Source: an uncultured Christensenellaceae bacterium | Lineage (GTDB): Bacteria; Bacillota; Clostridia; Christensenellales; UBA1242 | Direction: 5' to 3' | NCBI GenBank assembly: GCA_910587225.1 | Contig: CAJULT010000002.1 | Coordinates: 26,963 to 90,962, forward strand | DNA: 64,000 nt | In this document: piece by piece, positions 34,414 through 42,903 of the stretch | How the letters are laid out: each line of letters begins with the position of its first letter | Numbering within the stretch: the stretch's first letter is position 1 | Notes under the pieces: model-generated | The model's input: the letters and a program-made list of their open reading frames with translations, nothing else | The model's database searches: none | Told to the model about the DNA's origin: nothing | Made by a program: the position numbers and the translations under genes

Positions 34414-34974
34414 ATGATAGATACCAAAGACTATAAGTATATGAGAACTAAATTTAACACTCCAAACGATGGTGAACTTAACTACCAATTGTTCGCTGAA
34501 ATCAATTGCATTGCAATACTCGGTGAACTTCAAGCCGTTACCGATGGCAGAATAGAAAAACTTACAAATTTTGATACAAACATATTAAATGGCGCGCCAG
34601 GTTATAATTTTCCAGGATCTACGCAATATGTCAAGGAATCAAATCGATTACTTAAAAAATTTAAGGAAAACTGGGATAAAATACAAGGTTTAGACATTTT
34701 TAGGGAAATGTATGACCTCACTTTTGCTCGCTTTAATGGCGACATTTTCGATTTTTCTCACCTCTATTCAGATCAAGGAACTAAATACACAAAAGAAAAC
34801 GTAATCTCATTTAATATTCTCAAATTTATGGAATTATTTTTCAAGGATGATGGCACTTTAAAAAATATTCATACCAAAGAATTTAAACAAGAAATGGTAG
34901 AAGTTTCAAAAAGTTTAAACTTGTGCTTAAACACTATAAATAAAAGAAGCAAAAAACCTGCTGAAGACGATTAA
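34414..34974 (+). CDS. Hypothetical protein (186 aa)
   Basis: AGGAGA RBS 9 nt before ATG 34414. No family recognised. Confidence 0.45.
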   Translation: MIDTKDYKYMRTKFNTPNDGELNYQLFAEINCIAILGELQAVTDGRIEKLTNFDTNILNGAPGYNFPGSTQYVKESNRLLKKFKENWDKIQGLDIFREMYDLTFARFNGDIFDFSHLYSDQGTKYTKENVISFNILKFMELFFKDDGTLKNIHTKEFKQEMVEVSKSLNLCLNTINKRSKKPAEDD

Positions 34975-35001
34975 AAAAAGGAACTTACCGTTCCTTTTTT
35001 A

Positions 35002-36474
35002 TTATCCTTCAAATTCGTCTTCTACGTGAATCGAGTTACTTTTATTAACATCTTCTAATAAGCGAGCTGCATCTAATAATGTTGTTCCTGTCACATCTTC
35101 AAACGATGGTGACAGTTTGTAAGTTTCAGCATCATTCTTCTCAAGAATCTTTTCTTGTTTACGTATTAACTGAGGGCTTTCCTCTGCAATAACTGCGCGC
35201 CGACGCAAAAATTGAGTCATAACGTCTACAGAAGCATCCTTTTCCTTCTCGCCTTTCCCCTCATCCTTTGATGGCGGGGTTGGCGTTTTTGTTTCTTTTT
35301 GCTCGGCTGGTTTACTGTCAGTTTTCTTGTCAGTCCCCAATGATTTAGAAGTACTTACAACTTCGCTAGCATAGTTGTTTAAAGGCTTCTTTTCGTCCTT
35401 TTTATCATCTTTCTTTTTGTCAGCTTTTGGGGCGTCCTTTTTTGCTGGCTTTGAAGCAGCTTTGGTTGCTTTTTTCGCGGGTGCTTTTGCGGGCGCTTTT
35501 TTAGCATTTGCTTTAGCTGTTGGTTTACTAGCGTTAGGCTTAGAGTCAACTCTTACCGCCCCTTCCTGCTTCTTTGCCTGCGCCTGCGCTACCTGCCCCA
35601 TTGCCTCGGTATATTCTTTTCTAGGACTCATTGCCTGCTCTTTGTCAGCAGAAAGGATTTCCAACCCGCCTTCTTGCTTTAACACTTTATCAAGAAGCTT
35701 ATGTTGAGCTGCAAAGTTTCCCTTCTTCTTTGCTTGCGTCTTAGGTTGTTTATCATCGGTTTTCTGCTCAGCGCCATTTTCTTCACCAAGCAGTATCTTT
35801 TCATCTTCCTCGTCAAGAAGCCCCTGCTCTTTTGCCTCGCGCAAAAACTCGGCAAGCGCTTTTTGTCCTTTCGCGCCCGCATTTTTGAGAAGCGCTATTG
35901 TACGCATTATGTAAATTTGAGAACCTATTTCCCCAATCTCACCATACATCTCGTCAAGTTCGGCTTGGTCATTAAGGAAATCAGCAAGTTCAGTAAAATC
36001 ATCTTCAGTCAAACTAGGGTTATCAGTAAGACGGAAAGTTTTGTATATGCGCTCGCTCATCGCAACATTGTCACCAAGAACAAGCCTTGCAATAAAAGTT
36101 TTAAGAATAGTTAAGGTTGGATGTCCCTCAACGCGTTCGGTTAGATATAGCGTAGCAACCAACCCGTCATCATTAGTTACCTCAATTGAAAAGTTAAAGG
36201 TGCGTCCAAAATAATAGCTTTCAGCATAATATCGCGTTTCGCTCGCCTCCAAAACTTCCTTTTCCATTTTGGCAAGCTGCCTTCTAAGCTTTTCAGGAAT
36301 ATAATAGTTTCCTTCATCGTCCACCTGCCCAAGTAGGCGGTTCGATAAAATCAGCTGCTTTGTACGCACTTTATAATAGGCTATTTCATCTTTGTCAGTC
36401 AAAACTGTATCTTCACCCCAAACATGACATTCGGGAGCAAGCGTAACAATTTCTTCTTCATTTATAGCTGTCAT
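35002..36474 (-). CDS. Hypothetical protein with histone-H1-like Lys/Ala/Pro-rich region
   Basis: About 230-aa globular N-domain, then KPTAKANAKKAPAKAPAKKATKAASKPAKKDAPKADKKKDDKKDEKK. AGAGGAA RBS. Confidence 0.55.
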   Translation of the reverse strand: MTAINEEEIVTLAPECHVWGEDTVLTDKDEIAYYKVRTKQLILSNRLLGQVDDEGNYYIPEKLRRQLAKMEKEVLEASETRYYAESYYFGRTFNFSIEVTNDDGLVATLYLTERVEGHPTLTILKTFIARLVLGDNVAMSERIYKTFRLTDNPSLTEDDFTELADFLNDQAELDEMYGEIGEIGSQIYIMRTIALLKNAGAKGQKALAEFLREAKEQGLLDEEDEKILLGEENGAEQKTDDKQPKTQAKKKGNFAAQHKLLDKVLKQEGGLEILSADKEQAMSPRKEYTEAMGQVAQAQAKKQEGAVRVDSKPNASKPTAKANAKKAPAKAPAKKATKAASKPAKKDAPKADKKKDDKKDEKKPLNNYASEVVSTSKSLGTDKKTDSKPAEQKETKTPTPPSKDEGKGEKEKDASVDVMTQFLRRRAVIAEESPQLIRKQEKILEKNDAETYKLSPSFEDVTGTTLLDAARLLEDVNKSNSIHVEDEFEG

Positions 36475-36523
36475 AAATGTTTCCTCTTACGTTCATTATA
36501 CAATATCTGAAGCAAAATATCAA

Positions 36524-36835
36524 TCACTTTTTTAAATAACTTACACAATATGGCTTTTCGGTAATAGAATTGATGGTTATACCATTTGAAACGCACTTTC
36601 CGTCATGATTAAAAAGGCAGTCAGTTCGGCAGTGAATTGAAAGAGCTTTGCTATCGCGCTGTGGCGCATACTCAGGTGGCTTTTCAAAAAGATGTTTGGT
36701 GCTGTCAAGTTCAGGCTTGGCATCATCTTTTTCAAAGGTTGAACAAATTACATGCGGGCTTACAAGTATTCCTTTTGCACGACAAGTATAGCAATCATTA
36801 TATTTGCATTTGGTTTTTCTGCATCTTATATCCAT
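36524..36835 (-). CDS. DUF1540-type Cys-rich protein (two repeats)
   Basis: Two copies of the C-x2-C-x-(Y/F)-N-x3-6-C...I-x-(V/I) pattern (IRCRKTKCKYNDCYTCRAKGILV and IHCRTDCLFNHDGKCVSNGITI). AAGGGG RBS. Confidence 0.6.
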   Translation of the reverse strand: MDIRCRKTKCKYNDCYTCRAKGILVSPHVICSTFEKDDAKPELDSTKHLFEKPPEYAPQRDSKALSIHCRTDCLFNHDGKCVSNGITINSITEKPYCVSYLKK

Positions 36836-36919
36836 ATTTTATCCCCTTTTGAGCAAAATGATTGCCAAATAATTGACTTTTTAACCTTTCATAAAGTAAA
36901 ATTGTAAAAAGGAGATAAA

Positions 36920-37363
36920 ATGAAAGTAGTTTTACTTAAAGATGTTAGAGGCACTGGCAAAAAAGGTGAAATTAAAGAGGTTAGCGACGGCTATGCAAAA
37001 AATTTCCTCTTAAAACAGGGCTTTGCAAAAGCAGCAGATAAGACAGCACTTAACGAAAATCAAAATAAAATGGAAGCAAATTCATATCATAGGGCAATGG
37101 AACTTAAAGCCGCCAAAGAGCTTGCCGCTAAACTTGAAGGGGCAACCATCAACCTAAAAATACGTTGTGGGGAAAATGGTAAGACTTTCGGCTCGATAAC
37201 CGCAAAAGAAATTGCAGATGGTCTAAATGCCAAAGGTTATGAAATCGATAAGAGGAAGATTGAACTTAAAGAACCTCTTAAAGCAATCGGCAGCTACCGC
37301 GTGACTGCAAAACTTTATCCAGAAGTTTCCGCAAAATTCAATGTGCAAATAGTAGCAGACTAA
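36920..37363 (+). CDS. rplI: 50S ribosomal protein L9
   Basis: [30 protein letters not shown] is the L9 N-domain. 147 aa. Confidence 0.95.
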   Translation: MKVVLLKDVRGTGKKGEIKEVSDGYAKNFLLKQGFAKAADKTALNENQNKMEANSYHRAMELKAAKELAAKLEGATINLKIRCGENGKTFGSITAKEIADGLNAKGYEIDKRKIELKEPLKAIGSYRVTAKLYPEVSAKFNVQIVAD

Positions 37364-37382
37364 CAGCCATCGGCTGTTTTTT
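37362..37382 (+). terminator. Rho-independent terminator after rplI
   Basis: ACAGCC-ATC-GGCTGT hairpin followed by T6. Confidence 0.8.
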
Positions 37383-37383
37383 A

Positions 37384-38469
37384 TTAGCAGTTTGCCAGCT
37401 TCTCAGTTCTATCTTTCACAATCAGTGCCTCGATGAACTGGTCAATATCACCATTAAGCACTCCGTCCAAGTTATAGGAAGTTACATTCACTCTATGGTC
37501 AGTTACGCGACCTTGAGGATAGTTGTAGGTGCGCACACGTTCACTGCGATCCCCGCTTCCAACCTGACTTTTACGAGTTTGTTTATACTCATCATCCTGT
37601 TGCTGTTTATAATAATCATAAAGCTTTGAGCGGAGAATAGAAAATGCTCGCTCCTTATTTTTAAGCTGAGAACGTTCATCTTGACAAGTTACCACAATTC
37701 CTGTTGGGAAGTGAGTTATACGAATGGCAGATTCGGTCTTATTAACATGCTGACCGCCCGCACCTGAAGCGCGGTATGTATCAACGCTTATATCTGCGTC
37801 GTTAATTTCTATATCCACATCTTCTACCTCAGGTAAAACTGCCACAGTTGAAGTTGAAGTATGTATTCGTCCTTGCGATTCGGTTTCAGGGACTCTTTGT
37901 ACGCGATGCACCCCACTTTCATATTTTAATCGTGAATATGCACCCTTACCCTTAACCATAAAAGTAACTTCTTTAATGCCCCCAAGTTCGGTTTCGTTAA
38001 GGTCAATTACTTCTGTTTTCCAATGCTTGCTTTCAGCGTAGTAATTATACATTCTCATAAGCACACTGCAAAATAGAGAGGACTCTTCCCCGCCAGCCGC
38101 AGAGCGAATTTCAATAATAACGTTGCTGTCATCATTTTCATCCTTAGGCAAAAGTAAAATTTTAATATCTTCTACCTGCTGTTCAATCTGCGTTTTAAGG
38201 TTTCCGATTTCATCATAAAACATATCTCGCATTTCAAGGTCAGTTTCTTGTGCGTAATCGTTTTGGCTTGCCTGATAGTCTGCCAGCGTCTTTTCAAGTT
38301 TATCATGAGCCTCCGCCAAGTCTTCAAGCGAGGCACGCTCTTTAACAAGTTTTCTAAACTCTTTATTGTCAGCTATTATTTCCGGCAAAACAATAAGACC
38401 AGTCAATTCTTCAAATCGGTCTTTTGCTTTTTGTGTCTTTGTTAATATTTCCTTAGCTAATTCTTCCAT
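37384..38469 (-). CDS. prfA: Peptide chain release factor 1
   Basis: GGQ motif (SGAGGQHVNKTESAIRITH) and a PET tripeptide in the RF1 PxT position. Confidence 0.95.
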   Translation of the reverse strand: MEELAKEILTKTQKAKDRFEELTGLIVLPEIIADNKEFRKLVKERASLEDLAEAHDKLEKTLADYQASQNDYAQETDLEMRDMFYDEIGNLKTQIEQQVEDIKILLLPKDENDDSNVIIEIRSAAGGEESSLFCSVLMRMYNYYAESKHWKTEVIDLNETELGGIKEVTFMVKGKGAYSRLKYESGVHRVQRVPETESQGRIHTSTSTVAVLPEVEDVDIEINDADISVDTYRASGAGGQHVNKTESAIRITHFPTGIVVTCQDERSQLKNKERAFSILRSKLYDYYKQQQDDEYKQTRKSQVGSGDRSERVRTYNYPQGRVTDHRVNVTSYNLDGVLNGDIDQFIEALIVKDRTEKLANC

Positions 38470-40159
38470 AAATCACCCTTTCTATTGTATTATAGTCTTT
38501 AATGACTTTAATGTCAATAAAACCTTTCTCTTTCATCATTGTCTTCACTGCCGCCGCCTGACCTTTGCCAAGCTCAAAAGCAAGGTAGCCACCTTTGTTT
38601 AAATGAAGTGGTGCATCAGTTACAATTTCTTTGTAAAAATCTAAGCCGTCCTCGCCACCGTCAAGAGCGATAAGCGGGTCATATTTTTTCACTTCTACCG
38701 AAAGCTGTTCAATCGTTTTTCTCTTTATATATGGCGGATTTGAAACAATAATATCAAACTTTTTCCCTTTCTTCAAGCCCTTTAAAAGATCTCCCTCATG
38801 GAAATCGACCTTCGCATCTAGTTTTTTAGCGTTACTTTCTGCAACTTGTAAGGCGGGTTTAGAAATGTCTATTCCGCACACTTTGCACTTTTCAAGGTTT
38901 TTAACTATGCTAATTGCAATAGCGCCGCTTCCAGTGCAAAGGTCACAAATATGCGGATTTTCAAAATTTTTAGCAAGTTTAAGTGTCTCTTCCACAAGTA
39001 TTTCTGTTTCCATACGCGGCGAAAGAACCTTTTTATTTACATCAAACCTAAGTCCATAAAATTCAACAAAACCAAAAATAGACGAAAGCGGCTCACCCTT
39101 AGCCCGTCTTGCCCCAGCACGCAAAATGTCGCGAGCCTCTTTTTTGCTCACGCTGCGCACAAGTTTTATTTCCGCCCTGTTCTTTCCTAGCACTGTTGCG
39201 ATTATCCAGTCCACATCACTTTGGGCATATCTATCCGCCTGCATAAGTTTGGTCTGCATTTCGCCAACAATAGCCGACATAGGCACTCTGTCTTCCTGCA
39301 ATCTTGTAAAGTCCTTTTCAAAGCTATCTTCAATAAGCAGCACTCTAATAGTTTCATCTTGCGTCGTTCCCGGTTTCATACTCACAAGAAAAGAGGTCAA
39401 GATAACAAAATCGCGTATCCACCTTTGCGGCGCACGGCTGATTAGCCACAAAATTTCATAGCTAATCCCTGCAACCCCAAGCAAGATAAGCATATTGTAA
39501 ATAAAATAGAATTTACCACTTATTGCTACTAATGATACCACAAAAGAGCCTAGCATTAAAGCAAAAACAAGATAATTTAGATAATTTAATGCAAAATGAT
39601 GACTTTCTTTCGAAATTTTAGCTGCATTTTCTTTGCTATTGACGACTTGATTGGTTGCCCCATTAAAACGATAAAGTCCCTGCATAATAGGCAAAAATCT
39701 AAGCAGTAAAAAGAGCAAAAAAATTGTAACCATTCGTATAAGCCCTATAAAAGCACCCTGCCCATACCTGCTCGCCGCCGGCAAAATGGATAGTGTCAAG
39801 TGAAAAGGAAGAAGCGCAAATAATAGATAACCTAAAATAAGCCCGACTATTATTCCCGTCAAAAGCTGAACATAACGAGTTGCAATATTTAACCGCTCAG
39901 CCATTTTATCAAGTTTGGTTTTTTCTTTTCCTACAAATTCTTGAAGTTCATCCGCTAAAAAGAAGGCTTGAAGCTGCGCAAAAAGTCCAAAAATAAAATA
40001 CTGCAATCCTCGCAGAAAAAAGAAATTCCAAAAAATAACCTTGTTGAAAGTAGAGTTTGTATCAACTCTTTTTAGTCCGTGGTCATCTAAAATTGCAGTA
40101 GTCACCGTTCCGCCCTGATAAACGCTAACCCCGCTTGAAGAAGAAAAATAAAATTTCAT
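38453..40159 (-). CDS. prmC: Fusion protein: degenerate DUF1385-like membrane domain + release-factor glutamine N5-methyltransferase PrmC/HemK
   Basis: The C-terminal ~280 aa carry DLCTGSGAIAISI (SAM binding) and VSNPPYI. The N-terminal ~290 aa are multi-pass membrane with FLRG and ISYEIL motifs. The track start 40201 (TTG) lies inside a terminator, so ATG 40159 is preferred. Confidence 0.75.
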   Translation of the reverse strand: MKFYFSSSSGVSVYQGGTVTTAILDDHGLKRVDTNSTFNKVIFWNFFFLRGLQYFIFGLFAQLQAFFLADELQEFVGKEKTKLDKMAERLNIATRYVQLLTGIIVGLILGYLLFALLPFHLTLSILPAASRYGQGAFIGLIRMVTIFLLFLLLRFLPIMQGLYRFNGATNQVVNSKENAAKISKESHHFALNYLNYLVFALMLGSFVVSLVAISGKFYFIYNMLILLGVAGISYEILWLISRAPQRWIRDFVILTSFLVSMKPGTTQDETIRVLLIEDSFEKDFTRLQEDRVPMSAIVGEMQTKLMQADRYAQSDVDWIIATVLGKNRAEIKLVRSVSKKEARDILRAGARRAKGEPLSSIFGFVEFYGLRFDVNKKVLSPRMETEILVEETLKLAKNFENPHICDLCTGSGAIAISIVKNLEKCKVCGIDISKPALQVAESNAKKLDAKVDFHEGDLLKGLKKGKKFDIIVSNPPYIKRKTIEQLSVEVKKYDPLIALDGGEDGLDFYKEIVTDAPLHLNKGGYLAFELGKGQAAAVKTMMKEKGFIDIKVIKDYNTIERVIYGRIS

Positions 40160-40182
40160 GCTTAATTTATTGCCAAAAGAAT

Positions 40183-40214
40183 AAAAAAATAAAAGTGGCA
40201 AAAGCCACTTTTTA
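40183..40214. terminator. Strong terminator 24 nt upstream of the prmC-fusion start
   Basis: AAGTGGC-AAAA-GCCACTT 7-bp stem. On the minus strand it is followed by TTTTATTTTTTTAT. Confidence 0.85.
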
Positions 40215-40348
40215 TTGTTTGTGTAATTTTTAATTTGGGCTACAAAAGCAAGCTAGGCAAGGCTCGGCGGGTGAGGCAAACAGGAGCTTAGTAAAACCTA
40301 AGTGACTGCTTGACGAACCCGACAGTAAACGTAGCATAGCGCCGCTTT
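40215..40348 (-). ncRNA. Candidate structured RNA element (rpmE 3' region / prmC leader), class unknown
   Basis: GC-rich, about 135 nt, with no RBS-preceded ORF. A long imperfect hairpin is visible on the minus strand: CGGGU...ACCCG, CAAGCAG/CUGUUUG (7 bp), a 3x3 internal loop, and CUUAG-GUUUUA-CUAAG. Confidence 0.35.
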
Positions 40349-40555
40349 TTAGTCCAAATTGTATTTTTTCTTAAATTTCTCAACATTACCACTTGCATCA
40401 ACCACTTTTTTCTTTCCTGTAAAGAATGGGTGGCATTTGTTGCAAATATCAATGCTCATTGTGTCGCCTTTAGCATTTGTTCTTGTCTTAAAGGTGTTTC
40501 CACATGCGCATGTAACGGTAACTTCATGATATTCTGGATGAATTTCCTTTTGCAT
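40349..40555 (-). CDS. rpmE: 50S ribosomal protein L31 (Zn-binding type A)
   Basis: [22 protein letters not shown]...[11 protein letters not shown]. 68 aa. Confidence 0.95.
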   Translation of the reverse strand: MQKEIHPEYHEVTVTCACGNTFKTRTNAKGDTMSIDICNKCHPFFTGKKKVVDASGNVEKFKKKYNLD

Positions 40556-40567
40556 TTTATACCCCTT

Positions 40568-40825
40568 TTAATCTCCTACATAAGGAAGAAGCGCAACATT
40601 TCTAGCTCTCTTAATTGCAGTAGTAAGTTGTCTTTGATGATTTGCACAAACGCCTGTTTGACGTCTTGGCAAAATCTTTCCTTTTTCAGTGATATATTTT
40701 TTGATTTTTGCGATATCTTTATAGTCAATATCTTTTTCGCCAGCTACGCAGAAAGCACATACCTTTTTCTTTGCAGGTTTGCGATATTTCTTAACTGGGC
40801 GTTCTTCTTTAACTTGTTCGCTCAT
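40568..40825 (-). CDS. rpsR: 30S ribosomal protein S18
   Basis: [15 protein letters not shown]...[31 protein letters not shown]. Confidence 0.95.
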   Translation of the reverse strand: MSEQVKEERPVKKYRKPAKKKVCAFCVAGEKDIDYKDIAKIKKYITEKGKILPRRQTGVCANHQRQLTTAIKRARNVALLPYVGD

Positions 40826-40841
40826 ATCTTTCTCCTTTTAA

Positions 40842-41261
40842 TTAGAATGGTAAGCTATCGTCATCGATAGGTTCAAGATCGCCAGTTCCCGGTTTAGGAT
40901 CAGCGGCTGGTCTTGGTGCGCTCTCTCCTGCCCCGCCATCAGATGAGCGTGATGAAAGGAACTCAACATTGTCAGCAACAATGTCGGTTACATAACGCTT
41001 AGTTCCATCCTGAGCCTCATAAGATGAGTTTTGAAGACGTCCGATAACAGCACATTTAGAGCCTTTCTTTAAAAATTTGTGGCAGTTTTCCCCCTGTGCG
41101 CGCCAAACAACAATGTTAAAAAAGTCTGTTCCTCTTTCCCCTTCGTTGTTTTGGAAATTTCTTTGCACTGCGATTGAAAATCTGCAAACTGATACGCCAC
41201 TATTAGTTGTGGCAAGTTCTGGATCTCTTGTGAGATTTCCGATTAAAATAACTTTGTTCAT
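40842..41261 (-). CDS. ssb: Single-stranded DNA-binding protein
   Basis: OB-fold N-terminus MNKVILIGNLTRDPEL and acidic tail DDDSLPF. Located between rpsF and rpsR. Confidence 0.95.
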   Translation of the reverse strand: MNKVILIGNLTRDPELATTNSGVSVCRFSIAVQRNFQNNEGERGTDFFNIVVWRAQGENCHKFLKKGSKCAVIGRLQNSSYEAQDGTKRYVTDIVADNVEFLSSRSSDGGAGESAPRPAADPKPGTGDLEPIDDDSLPF

Positions 41262-41271
41262 GTTTTTCTCC

Positions 41272-41553
41272 TTATTTTCTTACAAACATTTGACGAATGA
41301 TGCCTTCGGTAATGTTCATAAGCTTTGCCATTGCGTCAACTTCAGCGGCTGAGAACTGTAAGTTCATAAGAACATAATATCCTTCAGTCTTGAAATTGAT
41401 TGGATAAGCAAGCTTTTTCATTCCCCACTTATCAATTCCTTCAACTACGCCGCCGTGATTTTCAACGTAAGAAGAAAACTTTTTGATAAGCTCTTCGCGT
41501 TGCTCTTCACTTACGTCGCTGGAAATGATGTAAAGAAGTTCATACTTATTCAT
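41272..41553 (-). CDS. rpsF: 30S ribosomal protein S6
   Basis: MNKYELLYIISSDVSEEQREELIKKF...GIDKWGMKKLAYPI. Confidence 0.95.
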   Translation of the reverse strand: MNKYELLYIISSDVSEEQREELIKKFSSYVENHGGVVEGIDKWGMKKLAYPINFKTEGYYVLMNLQFSAAEVDAMAKLMNITEGIIRQMFVRK

Positions 41554-41744
41554 ACTTTCTACCTCCTTTTGGACTAATTGGCTCTACCCTGACAGTAAAG
41601 CAAGGACAGTAAAATACTGCTAGTGTGATTATATATTATAAAAAATATAAAGTCAAGCATAAATAATCAAAATAAACGCAAATTTTTTTAATGCTTTACT
41701 TTTCCATAGTTTTATGGTACAATTTCAATGATTAAGGAGAAACT

Positions 41745-42803
41745 ATGGCACTAAAGAAACTAACCCCTCAAAAACAAGAGTTTTGGGATTATGCACTAAA
41801 CGACTTTACGTTTAACGATGAAGAACAAACTGTGAATTTTTTCTATACTTTTGCCAAAGCATATCTTGAACCTAAATTTGAGGAACTTGCACTTGAAGAA
41901 TTATGTTTCAACTTTACAAAACTTCCCCTGCAAAATGGTAGCCAAGTCGCGGGACGATATAAACGTATAGATGGATTGCCAGTAGTTGAAATAGACAACG
42001 AACACAAATTTGATATGTTTGAAATGATTGGAGTTTTTGCGCACGAGTATCGCCATTTTATTCAAGATATGGTTTACTCTCACTTAAATGATAATTTAGG
42101 CAAGATTGATTTTTCTGAAAATATAGATCCTCGTTGGAGGGCTTTGGTAGGTTACGATTATACTAAGCATGTTTTTCATGACTGGGCTAAAAGAGGAAAC
42201 ATTAATGAGCAATTTGTAAATGTAGGTTTACATATATGCCCCAACACACAAGATACTCAACGACTCGAATATATTAGTGCTGCGTATGAAGTTGATGCAA
42301 GAGCGTTTTCCTATTCAATATTGCAAGAGTTGCGTGAGGACTGTCACCTACTTGGAAGCGAGAACTGCATAAAACTAATCGATAATGAAATTAAAAAGGT
42401 TGACGCACTGCACAAAGAATATTACGAGCAAATGGGCAAAATCGGAGAGTCGTTCACTTCCGGTCAATATTTTGCTCAAGAGGCGACGACTTTTCAACAT
42501 GAAATAGATAAGGCGGCAGCGTCCGACAATATTGACATGGCAAAACTAGAAAAATGTCAAAAACTGATTTACGATATTTTGCGTCAAGGCTTAGGTTTTT
42601 GGCAGGACTACTACTTGCAACATAACGAGTCAAAACAATTTGAAGCTTATCTTACAGAAGCTCTAAAAAGCTGTCACGAAAACAACTGCGAAATGGGGAC
42701 AGCTATGATTGAAGAAGAATTTTATTCTGGAAAATATTCTGTTGCAGAAACTATTAATTTAGATGAAATTATTAAAAAAATCACAAGTGATGAATGGGAA
42801 TAA
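41745..42803 (+). CDS. Hypothetical protein with HExxH motif
   Basis: AAGGAGA RBS. The single motif VFAHEYRHFIQD suggests a metallopeptidase-like site. No signal peptide or TM segment. Confidence 0.45.
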   Translation: MALKKLTPQKQEFWDYALNDFTFNDEEQTVNFFYTFAKAYLEPKFEELALEELCFNFTKLPLQNGSQVAGRYKRIDGLPVVEIDNEHKFDMFEMIGVFAHEYRHFIQDMVYSHLNDNLGKIDFSENIDPRWRALVGYDYTKHVFHDWAKRGNINEQFVNVGLHICPNTQDTQRLEYISAAYEVDARAFSYSILQELREDCHLLGSENCIKLIDNEIKKVDALHKEYYEQMGKIGESFTSGQYFAQEATTFQHEIDKAAASDNIDMAKLEKCQKLIYDILRQGLGFWQDYYLQHNESKQFEAYLTEALKSCHENNCEMGTAMIEEEFYSGKYSVAETINLDEIIKKITSDEWE

Positions 42804-42840
42804 ACCACCTTATATTTACATTTGCAATGTAAAATTTAAC

Positions 42841-42868
42841 AAAAAAAGCGGAATTTTTCCGCTTTTTT
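42841..42868. terminator. Bidirectional terminator (HExxH gene / secA)
   Basis: AGCGGAA-TTT-TTCCGCT hairpin flanked by A7 and T6 runs. Confidence 0.85.
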
Positions 42869-42903
42869 ATTGATTTTTTGTTAATTTTATATATCAAGAG
42901 TTG

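Noticed and set aside
40215-40348. The GC-rich hairpin as small SRP (4.5S) RNA. I also looked for SRP RNA next to dnaX at 29756-29828.
   Set aside because: The apical loop is a hexaloop (GUUUUA), not GNRA. The conserved AGCA/GGAA domain IV motifs are absent on either strand. The dnaX upstream gap is only ~70 nt and is occupied by a terminator.
41554-41744. Possible S6:S18-binding leader upstream of rpsF.
   Set aside because: The region contains a promoter-like TATAAT and some weak pairing, but I could not identify a convincing hairpin mimicking the S6:S18 rRNA site by eye. This needs a covariance-model scan.
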